From positions 17,651 to 81,650 of the IMG/VR virus record IMGVR_UViG_3300000304_000007: 64,000 nt of DNA, one strand, 5' to 3'. Shown here piece after piece: positions 18,081 to 28,695 of this stretch. The stretch is from a virus. Under the pieces are notes generated by a model. It saw only the letters and a program-made list of their open reading frames with translations. It made no database searches and was not told where the DNA came from. The position numbers were made by a program, and so were the translations under genes. Position 1 is the stretch's first letter, and every line of letters starts with the position of its first letter.

Positions 18081-20452
18081 AGATTTTCATTTATGTTTTG
18101 TATCAACCCAGCTTTACTACCTTCATCCAGGAAGTTGATAGAAGCACCATCCTGATAAGCATAGTTAACATCTTCTTCAGCAGGAACAGCATTCTCAGCA
18201 TAGAAGTTACCCTGTTTAGAATTATTCTGATCCTGTTCCCCATAGATATCTCCTATGTTGTCAGCCAAGGTTTCTTTAGTCCTCCTTTGGATTTCATTGT
18301 AGAGATCATTAGGAGCAGTGTAGTCACCTTTCCTCAGGGATTCCTGAGCAGACAATTGATCCTCGTTGGCTTTCTTAGGGAGGTTAATAGAAGCCTTGAT
18401 AACTGAGGTAGACATTACAATGTCTCTCTGTAGGAATTCTATATTGCAGGTATAACCCCCTGAAATTGAGAATACATGTTCTACTTCAGTAGCATACCAT
18501 ACTCCAGAATATTTCTGTGATACATTCTGGATATAGATATTCATACAATCCTCAAGGGAAGGATCCCCTACAACTGTAGCATGAGCTTTACAAGCTACAT
18601 CGAGAGATTTCTGAAGATCGTTGCCTATGGAGGCAGATTTCATACCTGCAGGTCTAGCAGCCCTGATCTGAGTAGCATGTAATGGTACCTCTATTTCTTG
18701 TTCTTCTACTGTAACTACTGTAGGAGTCATAGTAGTAGAGTAGGCTGAGGGATTCTCCAGATACTTATCTATGGGATAATACTGAATCTGAGAATCTGTT
18801 TCAGGATTATGGATAGCTCTATCGGAACCAACCTCTATGACCTGCAGATTATTCCTGGCAGCATATCCATTCATAAAATCCTTGACGTATCCCTCTACTC
18901 CACCCTTTGCAGCAAAAGTTATGTTGCGTTCGAACTTAGCTCCAGGCACTGCATAGAATTGAGCAAGGTCATATACGGTTCTGATCTTGACCTTCCTCTT
19001 GATACGGTAGTTATCAAAATAATCCCAGTCAGTGAGCATCCAGGCTTCCTCAGATTTCATGGTCTTATCTACCGTTTCCTTTATCTTAGCAATGAGTTCA
19101 TTGTATTCAGCTTCAGTAAATCCGGGATTGTTCTGGAAATAATCCACTGCATCGGCTACACTGTCAAACACAGGAGTATTATCCATAGTTTGACTACCAG
19201 AATCATAAGTAGAGAAGTCATAAACATCCTGAAGAGCGGGTCCAGAAGATACTCGGGTCTTATCTTGAGCATGTTCATACATCTTGCTGGTATTCAGAAT
19301 TACCCACTGACCGACATTGGGATCAGAAACATTTTGTTGAAGATATACTTTCTCTTCCCCAGTCTCAGGATCTATATCAGCATCTTCTACTAAATCGGTA
19401 TAATTTACGGTGAACTTATTGTCTACCTTGAAAGTGAGAAGTTCACCATTGCCACCCATGAAAGTGTAGACTTTTGATACAGGACGATTGATATTCCTGT
19501 TCTTGATAGTGATGGTGTTATCTCGGGCACTCATCATATAGGGACCTCCAGGAAGGTTATCTGATAACTCTTCAGCCTGATTCCATATATTCTTAGCAGC
19601 TCCCTTGAATATTAGACTTCGATTCTTCTTAGTCATGATCTTACCCTTGACCACAATAAAGTCTCCATCGTCACTCTCTAAGTATTCTTCTAGCTTGGCT
19701 TTACCCTCTGGATCTTCACTATCATATACCTTGACTATCTTTCGGGCATCGGGATAAGCTACGGAAGCAGCCTGTATAGTTTGATATATGTGGTCTACAT
19801 TAGCTTCCTTCCTTTCCTTGTCTACTTCGGGATTAGACTTATAGGGATTCCGAAGCATACCATTTGCAATATGCTGATATTCTTCCCCCACAGGAGCATC
19901 TCCCTGTAATTCTAGAATTACATCATTAGATACTACGGTCTTCTGATTAGTATCTAATATCTTCCATCCCACTACTTTACCCTTGTCTACAATGTCCTTC
20001 ATCACTTGGAAGTAAGTATCCCATTCAGCTTCTTGTTGTCTCCAATCAGCTGGAATATTCTTAGTCAGGATACCCCTTGCTGCAAACCCTATCTTAATGG
20101 TAACTCCATCATAGCTCCAAGATATATTATGCTCAGTGATGATAACCGAACGAGGAGGACCTATAAAAGGAGCCTGATGAGGGTAGATGTAACCCCATTG
20201 AAGAATGATAGACTTGTTATACTGAAGCGTCTCAAGAGAAGGTAGATCGGGGTTATCGGTACGTACGGTGAATTCCCCCTCATCTACTCCGTCTTCTTTG
20301 TATTTATACCTGAAAGAGGTGACCAATTCCCCTATGGGCATATTATCCCGGGGATTCACAATAACACCTCCGGCTCCATTGAAAATGGCCAGGTATGGAG
20401 TACCTGTACCATTATCTAGAACCGGAGGGCTGTCAACTTTTACAACTCCCAT
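18077..20452 (-). CDS. Baseplate hub (gp27 / late control D-like)
   Basis: VTSFRYKY...LQWGY; C-terminal VVGDPSL...IQNVSQKYSGVWYATEVEH. Confidence 0.75.
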   Translation of the reverse strand: MGVVKVDSPPVLDNGTGTPYLAIFNGAGGVIVNPRDNMPIGELVTSFRYKYKEDGVDEGEFTVRTDNPDLPSLETLQYNKSIILQWGYIYPHQAPFIGPPRSVIITEHNISWSYDGVTIKIGFAARGILTKNIPADWRQQEAEWDTYFQVMKDIVDKGKVVGWKILDTNQKTVVSNDVILELQGDAPVGEEYQHIANGMLRNPYKSNPEVDKERKEANVDHIYQTIQAASVAYPDARKIVKVYDSEDPEGKAKLEEYLESDDGDFIVVKGKIMTKKNRSLIFKGAAKNIWNQAEELSDNLPGGPYMMSARDNTITIKNRNINRPVSKVYTFMGGNGELLTFKVDNKFTVNYTDLVEDADIDPETGEEKVYLQQNVSDPNVGQWVILNTSKMYEHAQDKTRVSSGPALQDVYDFSTYDSGSQTMDNTPVFDSVADAVDYFQNNPGFTEAEYNELIAKIKETVDKTMKSEEAWMLTDWDYFDNYRIKRKVKIRTVYDLAQFYAVPGAKFERNITFAAKGGVEGYVKDFMNGYAARNNLQVIEVGSDRAIHNPETDSQIQYYPIDKYLENPSAYSTTMTPTVVTVEEQEIEVPLHATQIRAARPAGMKSASIGNDLQKSLDVACKAHATVVGDPSLEDCMNIYIQNVSQKYSGVWYATEVEHVFSISGGYTCNIEFLQRDIVMSTSVIKASINLPKKANEDQLSAQESLRKGDYTAPNDLYNEIQRRTKETLADNIGDIYGEQDQNNSKQGNFYAENAVPAEEDVNYAYQDGASINFLDEGSKAGLIQNINENL

Positions 20453-20454
20453 GA

Positions 20455-20709
20455 TTACTGAGGTATTATCAATTGGAGACCTGCATACAGATCTTCAAAG
20501 GGGTTCATAATAGGATTCACATCAGCAATATCAGCCCATCTTCCAGAGTCCCCATAGTATTGAAAAGCTATGCTCTGGATTGTTTCACCTTCTTTTACTG
20601 TGTGATATCTTAGATTACCATTAGAAGTAGAGCCTGTGTTTATAGCTCTCTCTACCCATATATCCCCATCTCCGAGATTTATATAGGCTACTTTACTATA
20701 TGGATTCAT
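20455..20709 (-). CDS. LysM / tail X-like baseplate protein
   Basis: YHTVKEGETIQSIAFQYYGDSGRWADIADVN...GLQLIIP. Confidence 0.85.
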   Translation of the reverse strand: MNPYSKVAYINLGDGDIWVERAINTGSTSNGNLRYHTVKEGETIQSIAFQYYGDSGRWADIADVNPIMNPFEDLYAGLQLIIPQ

Positions 20710-21959
20710 CGTGTAACTAGCCCTCCTCCGCTAGATAGAGCTCCTGGAGTTATAGAAGGAAGCTCAGGCAAAGTATCATCCGACTTAAGATCTACTGTAG
20801 AAGAATCAGAAGGACTAAGGATTATACCGAGAGTCTTCTGAAGTTTGTCTAAAGTAATTATATCCTGATGCGTACGATTGGTAGAAGTCACCCTCTTAAA
20901 GGTAAGAGTCTGAGTAGCACACATTGGGAAGAGTTTCCAATCTTTAAAAGTAGCCTGTTGCCCTTTGTGAAGCTTAGCCCTTTCAGCAGCAGACATTCCT
21001 CTTTCTTGAAAATTGAACAACCTGTAGGGAGCAGACTCAAGGATAAAAGATTCCCCGTCAAACATGCCTGTATCTCCCCATACAATAGCTAGAGTAGGAG
21101 GAGCAGCATTATATCCATCTGCTTTAGTCCAACTCTCTAGCAACTTGCATTTGTTGAGTACCTGATCTCTGTTTTCATCCCCATATCCTGTAGTATACCA
21201 AGAGATATCAAAAGATATGGTATCATCTCCAGAGGTATACATCCTGAAAGGGTTATTCCTTCCCATGGATTGGATAGCCGCCCAAGTACTCTCTGAACTG
21301 AAATTCAATTCAGTAGGCCGATTCTGAAGATGAAGTGTGACCAAAGGAAGACCCCATTTAATCAGGGTTACTTCATACCTGTAAGGTTCTAAAGCAGATT
21401 TGAGATCCCCTATACCCTTACCGAACTTGTTGTCGGGTATTTTGAAGTGGGAAGGATCTGCTCCAGATATCATAGCAGCTCTTCTGTTAGTCTGCCATAG
21501 ATCTGTAGCTTCTGCAAGGGACAGGCTAGATTTCTTGGCCTCATGTTGATTCTGAGCCTTAGCCAGAGTGGATTTGATATCCCTTGCAGCATAAGTATCT
21601 TTTACTCTGGGAGCCACCAAGACTGTGCGGTTGATAGCAATCTTGGCTCTCCAGAGTTTAGATAACACCCAGGTTGCAGTTCTTCCACCCTCGGAAGATT
21701 GAATACTGTGTGTGAGTTCATTGATAGCCTTTGAAGCAACTCCCACTGTATTGTGAATGAATCCGTTGAATCCGTTCTTAGTACCTCCGATATTCATATC
21801 GGTACGACCTGCAACTACTCCCCTGCCATCAGGATCTCGGTTACCTATGCCCACAGGATCTCCCTGATTCCAAGCATGATTCTCAGGTGAAGCTTTCCTG
21901 GCAGCTAGTCTGGCCCGATAGTCAGACCTAGCCGTAACTTTATCTATTATATCAGCCAT
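20706..21959 (-). CDS. Tail tube initiator / baseplate-tube junction protein
   Basis: Between the tape measure and LysM genes; C-terminal tube-like fold (PTELNFSSES...YTSGDDTISFDISW...PPTLAIVWG). Confidence 0.55.
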   Translation of the reverse strand: MADIIDKVTARSDYRARLAARKASPENHAWNQGDPVGIGNRDPDGRGVVAGRTDMNIGGTKNGFNGFIHNTVGVASKAINELTHSIQSSEGGRTATWVLSKLWRAKIAINRTVLVAPRVKDTYAARDIKSTLAKAQNQHEAKKSSLSLAEATDLWQTNRRAAMISGADPSHFKIPDNKFGKGIGDLKSALEPYRYEVTLIKWGLPLVTLHLQNRPTELNFSSESTWAAIQSMGRNNPFRMYTSGDDTISFDISWYTTGYGDENRDQVLNKCKLLESWTKADGYNAAPPTLAIVWGDTGMFDGESFILESAPYRLFNFQERGMSAAERAKLHKGQQATFKDWKLFPMCATQTLTFKRVTSTNRTHQDIITLDKLQKTLGIILSPSDSSTVDLKSDDTLPELPSITPGALSSGGGLVTR

Positions 21960-21962
21960 AGT

Positions 21963-24761
21963 TTAGTCTCCAGTGGTTGCACCCATATCAATGTTATATT
22001 CTTTATTCTTATTCTCTATGAGCTCTTCCATTGCCCTCTTACCATCAATATTGACGGTTATGGTACCAGCATAGAACTTATCCATTGCTGCTTCCATTCT
22101 CTTAGTCCATTGAGCAATAGAATTAGCCAGCATAGTCATGAGCTCTTTGTCATTCTGTATACCCTGAATACTCTCGGGATATTTCTTTTGATTCTCCTGT
22201 TGCTGAGAAAGGGTATTCTGACTGAGAGCTTCTGTGTTTTCCTCATTAGCCTCTTTATTCGCTGTGATAGCCGATATGAGGGAAGGTAAGAGAGTAAGAG
22301 CAGTAAGACCTATACCAATAGGACCTCCGAGGAATCCCACTAAGCTGGTGAGAATCTTAGGCAATATCTTGGTACCCAAGAATCTGAATCCTGACTTAGC
22401 ACCGTATCTGAAAAGACCCTTGCCCACAGCGGTTCTTATACCCCTTGCAGCACTTCCAGCAGCAGCCCCAGCCGCAGCGGCCCCTATTGCAGCACCAGCA
22501 GCACTCTTAGTTGCAGCTACAGTAGCAGCAGCAGTTGCTCCCTGAGTAGTAGCTAACTTAGTTGCCGAGGTAGCTACTCTATTTGCAGCAGTAGCAGCAG
22601 ACTGAGCTGCACTAGCGGCAGAAACAGAAGCATTAGCCGTTCTACTAGCACTACTAGACATAGCTGTTGCAATAGCCCCTATCTTCTTGGAGAGCCTCTT
22701 AGATCTTACTCTTTCAGAAGCAGCATTTAATTGAGTGATAGCGGACTGGGTAGCTAAAGCTTTAGTAGTAGCCTGAGAAATATTCCTTACCTGATTTGCC
22801 GTAGCAACTGAAGACTGTTTTATAGATTCAGCTATCTGATTCTCCTGGACTAAGGCACTAGGAATAACAGGCTTCATCTTTGGTTGAGGTCTGTTCTTCT
22901 TGTCCACAGGTATACCTCCAAATACAGGAGCCTTCTTAGCTTCGGCTTTTTCTTTCCAGTATATAGGGGAGAGAACATGATACCAAGGACCTTTCTGAGG
23001 AGCCCCTGAAACAGAAGTCTTAGTAAAGCTCTTAGTAGAATCAGGAGCAAGAGGATCATCGGGTATACCCAGTTGCTTAGACAGACGTTTGTTTACATCA
23101 GATGCCTGATAATCTCCCAGTTTCTTAGGAGGCTTCCTATACCCCACTTCCCTTTGATAGAGAACATATCTTCCGTCATCGGTACGATTAGCAGTATAGA
23201 CTGTATTTCCTATCTGCTTCTTGTACTGGGATTCTGGAGCCTGATACTTCAAGATTTGATCATATACCCTTGACCTCTGTTTCTTTGACATAGAGAGCAA
23301 GTCAAAAGGCATATTGAGATCCTTAGCCAATCCAGCCTGAAGAGCCTTGATCTGGATAAGGACCCTCTCATAATCCATAGCCGCAGCAGTCATGCCCTTC
23401 CATCCTGAAAACAGTATTCGGAACATTGACTTACCTGTGACCAAGGTATCATTCTGAGTTTGCCTCCACCTTGAAATAAACTTAATGAGAAGACCTCCTA
23501 CCAGAGTGATGGGAGGAGCAAGAGCCATTATATTAGCTGTGAACTTACCAATACCCGAATCGAAGAAGTTGCTGACCCTGGTAAAGAAGTCTGTTACCAT
23601 GTCAAACATTCTCACAAGCATAGGTTGAGCAGCCTCTACCCAAGATATAGCAGCAGTCTTTATAGACTCCCACATCATATCATATCTACCAGAAGGACCC
23701 TCCATCCTCTTCTTCATAATGTCTTCGGCATACCCCTCTGACTTGAGAAGAATATCCTGATAGAGCCTCTTATAATCTTTAAGTGCTGAGACCATGGCAC
23801 CAGCTGCCCTCATACCTCGAACTCCGAATACATCAGACATCAACTGAAGCTGCTGGTCAGGAGACATGCCCTCTATTCTTTCTGAGAGCATAGTGAATAC
23901 TTCTCCGAGATTCTTTAGCTTACCGGTAGAATCAAGAAGCTGATCTTTTTGAAGCCCTATCTTAGCCAACCATGATGCACCATAGGAATTAGGTCGATTC
24001 ATGGCCCTGTTGAGATATCTAAGAGCATTTCCCAGAGCAGTACCAGCCATTGACCCCTGGATACCTGCATTACCAAGAGTACCAATTGCTGCAGCTACTT
24101 CTGGGAGTGTCCTTTTCATAAGCACGGCATCGGCTCCGACATATTTGATAGATTCTGCCAAGTCTGTCATTGATATATTTGCAGACAGAGTAGCATTTGT
24201 CAAAACGTCGGCAACAAAGGTAGCTGCATCCTTGCCCTCATGTCTGAAGGTCTTCATGACATTGGTCATCAAGTCAGCAGCTCCTCCCTTGCCTCCGATA
24301 GCCATATTCGTAGCACCTGCCAAGTTAGTAGCAGCCTCAATCATGTCCTGCACTTCCTCTATGTCAGCACCAGCCATAGCCAGATACTGCATACCTGAAG
24401 CAACCTCTTTTGCTGAGAAGGTGGTAGCCACACCGATTCTCTTTGCCAGATCTGAAGTAACCTTCATCTGATCGGCAGTAGCTTCGGTGATAGCCTGTAC
24501 AGTGATCATGGTATCAGAGTAAGCAAGACCTTCGTCCAGAGCTCTACCCATGACATTGAACATTTGTTTTCCAGCTTGGGCTATGCCATTTCCCCATTGT
24601 TCTGCAGCTTGGATATTGGCTTCTACGGCCATCTTGGCTTCCTGGTGGAGCCTTCTTAATTCGGAGCTAGCTTCTCTAGCAGGATTAGAGAACCTATCTT
24701 GCATAACAAGGGAGATCCCCAGTTCAAGGAGACCTCCCTGTGAGCTACCACTTGTTAACAT
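21963..24761 (-). CDS. Tape measure protein
   Basis: TP901-type core (FSAKEVASGMQYLAMAG...GIQGSMAGTAL); Ala-rich helical C-terminus; follows the chaperone gene. Confidence 0.92.
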   Translation of the reverse strand: MLTSGSSQGGLLELGISLVMQDRFSNPAREASSELRRLHQEAKMAVEANIQAAEQWGNGIAQAGKQMFNVMGRALDEGLAYSDTMITVQAITEATADQMKVTSDLAKRIGVATTFSAKEVASGMQYLAMAGADIEEVQDMIEAATNLAGATNMAIGGKGGAADLMTNVMKTFRHEGKDAATFVADVLTNATLSANISMTDLAESIKYVGADAVLMKRTLPEVAAAIGTLGNAGIQGSMAGTALGNALRYLNRAMNRPNSYGASWLAKIGLQKDQLLDSTGKLKNLGEVFTMLSERIEGMSPDQQLQLMSDVFGVRGMRAAGAMVSALKDYKRLYQDILLKSEGYAEDIMKKRMEGPSGRYDMMWESIKTAAISWVEAAQPMLVRMFDMVTDFFTRVSNFFDSGIGKFTANIMALAPPITLVGGLLIKFISRWRQTQNDTLVTGKSMFRILFSGWKGMTAAAMDYERVLIQIKALQAGLAKDLNMPFDLLSMSKKQRSRVYDQILKYQAPESQYKKQIGNTVYTANRTDDGRYVLYQREVGYRKPPKKLGDYQASDVNKRLSKQLGIPDDPLAPDSTKSFTKTSVSGAPQKGPWYHVLSPIYWKEKAEAKKAPVFGGIPVDKKNRPQPKMKPVIPSALVQENQIAESIKQSSVATANQVRNISQATTKALATQSAITQLNAASERVRSKRLSKKIGAIATAMSSSASRTANASVSAASAAQSAATAANRVATSATKLATTQGATAAATVAATKSAAGAAIGAAAAGAAAGSAARGIRTAVGKGLFRYGAKSGFRFLGTKILPKILTSLVGFLGGPIGIGLTALTLLPSLISAITANKEANEENTEALSQNTLSQQQENQKKYPESIQGIQNDKELMTMLANSIAQWTKRMEAAMDKFYAGTITVNIDGKRAMEELIENKNKEYNIDMGATTGD

Positions 24762-24764
24762 GTG

Positions 24765-24950
24765 CTAAGAATGGGATTTTAATTGTTTAGATACCTCTTC
24801 CATCTCCTTGTAATATTCATTGGCTTTCTTGATGAGAGCTCTTCTATGACGCCAAGGAAGATGGGCGAATTCCATGTAGCCTATATGAATTTTGGCATGA
24901 TGGAGATATACGAAGTCGCTGTCTATATCTCCTCCGGGTAGAAAAAACCC
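24765..24950 (-). other. -1 frameshift extension of the tail assembly chaperone (G-T type)
   Basis: In-frame heptamer G GGT TTT (24950-24944). The -1 frame reads FLPGGDIDSDFVYLHHAKIHIGYMEFAHLPWRHRRALIKKANEYYKEMEEVSKQLKSHS to TAG, ending 3 nt before the tape measure start. Confidence 0.85.
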
Positions 24951-25702
24951 GGCATAGCAACGATAGAGATGGTAGTAGTCTGACCTGTTTTCGGATTCTC
25001 AATAGTAGTAGTACCCTGGAAGATCGGATCCATAGAAGCTACTGCCTTGCGAATCTGCATCATCTCTTTGACTGAGAAGACTGCGAAGTTGGTTACCTTC
25101 TCCCAGTTATCATTGACCTTGAGTCGGAGATTCCTTGCAATCAGTTCCTGATTCTTGGTTCTCTTATCAAGAGGGAGGTTAACCAAATATGCTTCGCTAT
25201 TCCCATTTAGAATGTCAAAGAGGAGTTCTTTGCCAGTATCCAATTTAATCGGAATATTTGCAAGATTCTTTCCCTCTGGATAGAAGGGAATTGCATCGGG
25301 CTTAGCATCCATCTCTTCATCGGTAGGAATTACTGCATAGTCGAAAAGGAAATCTTCCAAGTCCTGAGCATAGGTGATCTTACCACCATTCTCTTTGCCC
25401 CAGTCATAGTCGAAATCGAGTTCACTGCCCAGAGAGAAGATCCTTGAATTGAACAGGATACAGTACCTGTCAAGAATAGGAAGATTCTTAGCATCAGCAA
25501 TAGTGAGCTTACCTGACTTAGTGTAGTCGGTGTTTACTACAATGGATGCAATGAATCTTGATAGATTGGTTAGATCCTGAGCTTCTGAAGGATTTGAAAG
25601 GAGATCATCATCGGCTCCATTCTGTTCACGGATAGTTACCTTGTAACCCGAAGGCATTGTGAATTCACATACCTTTCCGAAAAAATCGTGTTCTTGAATC
25701 AT
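24923..25702 (-). CDS. Tail assembly chaperone
   Basis: Between the tube and tape measure genes; ends at a slippery site (PGFF). Confidence 0.8.
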   Translation of the reverse strand: MIQEHDFFGKVCEFTMPSGYKVTIREQNGADDDLLSNPSEAQDLTNLSRFIASIVVNTDYTKSGKLTIADAKNLPILDRYCILFNSRIFSLGSELDFDYDWGKENGGKITYAQDLEDFLFDYAVIPTDEEMDAKPDAIPFYPEGKNLANIPIKLDTGKELLFDILNGNSEAYLVNLPLDKRTKNQELIARNLRLKVNDNWEKVTNFAVFSVKEMMQIRKAVASMDPIFQGTTTIENPKTGQTTTISIVAMPGFFYPEEI

Positions 25703-25737
25703 GGTGAAAATTGTTGAGTTAGTTGGATAAAATGAAC

Positions 25738-25769
25738 AAAAGGGAGGGGCTCTTTCGAACCTCTCCCCT
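25738..25769 (-). terminator. Terminator after the tail tube gene
   Basis: agggagggg / cctctcccct stem; TTTT on the - strand. Confidence 0.6.
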
Positions 25770-25781
25770 CAATGTGTAACT

Positions 25782-26249
25782 TTAGAGTTTTTCTATAGTA
25801 CCGACGGAGAATTCAATTTCCTCGAGGGTGTTGTCTGATGACATCCTGTCGAGTGTTTGACCGTTTACTCTAGTTGGCCAAACTTCATCGCATATCCAGG
25901 AGTTGAGGATAGAAACTCCATCCTCGGCAAGTTCATTGACCTGAACTGTCTCCCAGTATTCTGGAGGAGTAAGACCTCCACCCAAGAGAAGATCCTGGAC
26001 TGACATGAGCCAATCCCACATCCAGGTATCTGAACCTGATGTAGATTCCAGTTTCCGGCAAGTAAGGTTACCCACTGAAATTCTACCTCCAGTCTTGACA
26101 TCCCTGTTGATATCTCCATGAGCAACCTGCTCTACAGAGACCTCCGGAAGTTCACAGTACTGAAAGAGATAGTTGTCTACCGGATGTTTAATGAAGGTTA
26201 TGGACCATAGGAATTGTTTCCTTGGATTTTTGACTTTAGCGTTTGACAT
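25782..26249 (-). CDS. Tail tube protein (T4 gp19-like)
   Basis: PRKQFLWSITF...ELPEVSVE...LEEIEFSV; follows the sheath gene. Confidence 0.88.
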   Translation of the reverse strand: MSNAKVKNPRKQFLWSITFIKHPVDNYLFQYCELPEVSVEQVAHGDINRDVKTGGRISVGNLTCRKLESTSGSDTWMWDWLMSVQDLLLGGGLTPPEYWETVQVNELAEDGVSILNSWICDEVWPTRVNGQTLDRMSSDNTLEEIEFSVGTIEKL

Positions 26250-26265
26250 ATTCTTTCAGATTTAG

Positions 26266-28002
26266 TTATTCAACAGAAATGTCTACGTTCTGAGATGCAG
26301 AATCGATTACGATATCGATTGTAACCTCCTGCAAAGGAACAACGTCCTTGTACTTGAGGACAATCTTGTATTTACCCTGGCGAACATCAGCTTCGTTGTT
26401 GATCTGAAGTTCTGAGTAAGAGGTTACATCCTGATCACCCATCCAGGTATATTCGGTCATGGCATTGCGAACTACCAAGTCGTCGAGGATTTCTTTTGCC
26501 TCGTAGTAGATCTTCTTCCAGGTATCCCAGTTGTTCGGTTCCTCGAGGTAAGACTCAAGGATAGGACGGAGATTCTTCTTGAGGTAAAGGTTCAACCTTA
26601 CGATTGAAAGGAACTTCTCAGAATCGTCGATGGAGTTGGAAGTGAACCCATGCCATAGCATAGTTCTCTTACCCTGAGTCCTCGTATCTTTGATTACGAA
26701 GAGATTCATGTACCATTCGGCTATTCTCTGAAGGTCATCGATTCTGGATGCACCTCCAAGGTTCTCCATGACTGGACCGATAGCATCAGGCACTGTACCT
26801 CTGTTCATTCCGGAGAATGAATACCAAGGTCCATAAGTTGTAGCAGCAGAGTCTCCCAGACCGAGAACAGTACCGAGGACATCGCAATCCTGGAGAGTAC
26901 CGTAGTCATCGTAGAATTTCAGACCACCTCCGAAGTAAGCTATGTTCTTAGCATAGCCCACAGCCGGAACTACCTTCTGCAATGCAGCTACTACCTGATC
27001 AGTTGTTACCAGGGATTTTGGAAGCTCTACATAGAGAACTGCTTCGAATTTTGGAACATAAGTCTGAACATAGTAGTTGTAAGCAGCAATGGCATCTCCC
27101 GGGATCTCTCCGAGTTTCTGACCACTACCATCTCCAGTAAGATGCTGGTGAACATGTGAAAGGATAACCTGATAGGCATCGTTGTAGTCTACCAGAGCAT
27201 CCATTGCAGCTTTCCATCCATCAAGGGTAGAATTATTGGCACCTACGTTACCCTGAGACATCTTCAGAGATGCAGATGCAGACCCTTCCTTGATTTCAGT
27301 AGATCCCACGGTGATAGCAATGTTCCAGCTTGTTCTCTTCCTCAAGTCGGCCATTACCTGATTCAGAGTCATTCCACTAGCCCCATTTGGAACCAGTACA
27401 ATGTTAGCTACATTGTTTACGAAGTTGGTGAAGGAGTTTGCATTGATACCTCCTTTCTCTGACCAAGAGATGACCGTCTGGGAATCTACCAGATTTCCGT
27501 CGGGATCATACTGAGCCAGATTGAATTTCTGGATAGCAGCAGATGCAAGATTGAACTGAAGTGTGAAGTCTCCAGTTGCAGTGAAGAGTTTTTCACCGAG
27601 GTTCTTAGTCCTGATGTTGAACTCATACTCTACTGGATCAGCCTCTTCATCCTTTGGATCGGTGAGAGTGAACTTCAATACAAAGGCATCTGATTCTGGA
27701 TCTGTGATAGAACCAGCGGTTGCCCCTGCCCATCCATAAGCAGCACCATCGTTAGCTACCCTTGATACCCTGAGCTTAGAGCCACCAAGGAATGCCCTCT
27801 GGATGTTTGATACAGAACCATCCGGAACTATCTCTTCTCCGAACAGTCTTTCGAACTGAGCATAAGAAGAGAGAAGCTGGGAAGGATCATTGCATGGGCC
27901 TTTAGTAGTACGAGCTACTACATGGGATACGCCCAGTAGAGGTACACTCGTTTGCACATTGTTGTTGATAAAATTGAAATCAACCTTTGGTGTGTTAGGC
28001 AT
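26266..28002 (-). CDS. Tail sheath protein
   Basis: GVSHVVARTTKGP; SFSGMNRG; FLSIVRLNLYLKK...EPN; C-terminal YKIVLKY. Confidence 0.92.
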   Translation of the reverse strand: MPNTPKVDFNFINNNVQTSVPLLGVSHVVARTTKGPCNDPSQLLSSYAQFERLFGEEIVPDGSVSNIQRAFLGGSKLRVSRVANDGAAYGWAGATAGSITDPESDAFVLKFTLTDPKDEEADPVEYEFNIRTKNLGEKLFTATGDFTLQFNLASAAIQKFNLAQYDPDGNLVDSQTVISWSEKGGINANSFTNFVNNVANIVLVPNGASGMTLNQVMADLRKRTSWNIAITVGSTEIKEGSASASLKMSQGNVGANNSTLDGWKAAMDALVDYNDAYQVILSHVHQHLTGDGSGQKLGEIPGDAIAAYNYYVQTYVPKFEAVLYVELPKSLVTTDQVVAALQKVVPAVGYAKNIAYFGGGLKFYDDYGTLQDCDVLGTVLGLGDSAATTYGPWYSFSGMNRGTVPDAIGPVMENLGGASRIDDLQRIAEWYMNLFVIKDTRTQGKRTMLWHGFTSNSIDDSEKFLSIVRLNLYLKKNLRPILESYLEEPNNWDTWKKIYYEAKEILDDLVVRNAMTEYTWMGDQDVTSYSELQINNEADVRQGKYKIVLKYKDVVPLQEVTIDIVIDSASQNVDISVE

Positions 28003-28026
28003 AATGTAATGTATTTAAGTTTGTTA

Positions 28027-28695
28027 TTATGGATTATCGGATGATACCTCTACAAGGGTATAACCGTAATTTTCAAGAAGCAATGAAATGTCGGTGATTG
28101 GTACCAGATCTGCTTCTGATTCTGATTGACCTATGAGGCAGTCGTATACTACGAATTCGTAGACCTTCTCTAACAGACCCGCCTGAAGATTCGGTGTATC
28201 AAAAAAGTTGACTACCTCTAAGAAGATATTGCCCGAGAATAAGAACTCATCTTCTGTGTAAGGTTTTATATAACCACGTTGTGGTATTGACCAGAACAAA
28301 ATCTGGTGAAGCAATCGAAGCTCTTCCTGATTATTTGCAACCAGGTGAATATCAATGTATTGATCTATGGTTTCATAGGGAAATTCGGAGGCTGTGAATC
28401 CCAGGCCCTCATTCTTTTCGATAAGCTGCTTGGGCATTCCAACTGCTCCAGGGTAGAACCCCTTTGGATTGACCACTATCCTCGGAGTAATCTTCTGTCC
28501 CTTAGATTGATTGTTTGAGGCTCCGAATATACCTATGAACTTAGACAGAGCTTTTAAGTCGGCATCATACTTTGCTTTGTTTTCAGCACTCACTGGGAGA
28601 TATTTCTGAGGATCTAGAGTATATCCCAGAGTAACTGCAGTATTTAGTAGAGCGGAATATAAAGACCTCTCTATAATCTCCTGTGAATCTATCAT
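28027..28695 (-). CDS. Tail terminator / completion protein (putative)
   Basis: Immediately upstream of the sheath gene; PRIVV...IDIH; typical size. Confidence 0.55.
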   Translation of the reverse strand: MIDSQEIIERSLYSALLNTAVTLGYTLDPQKYLPVSAENKAKYDADLKALSKFIGIFGASNNQSKGQKITPRIVVNPKGFYPGAVGMPKQLIEKNEGLGFTASEFPYETIDQYIDIHLVANNQEELRLLHQILFWSIPQRGYIKPYTEDEFLFSGNIFLEVVNFFDTPNLQAGLLEKVYEFVVYDCLIGQSESEADLVPITDISLLLENYGYTLVEVSSDNP

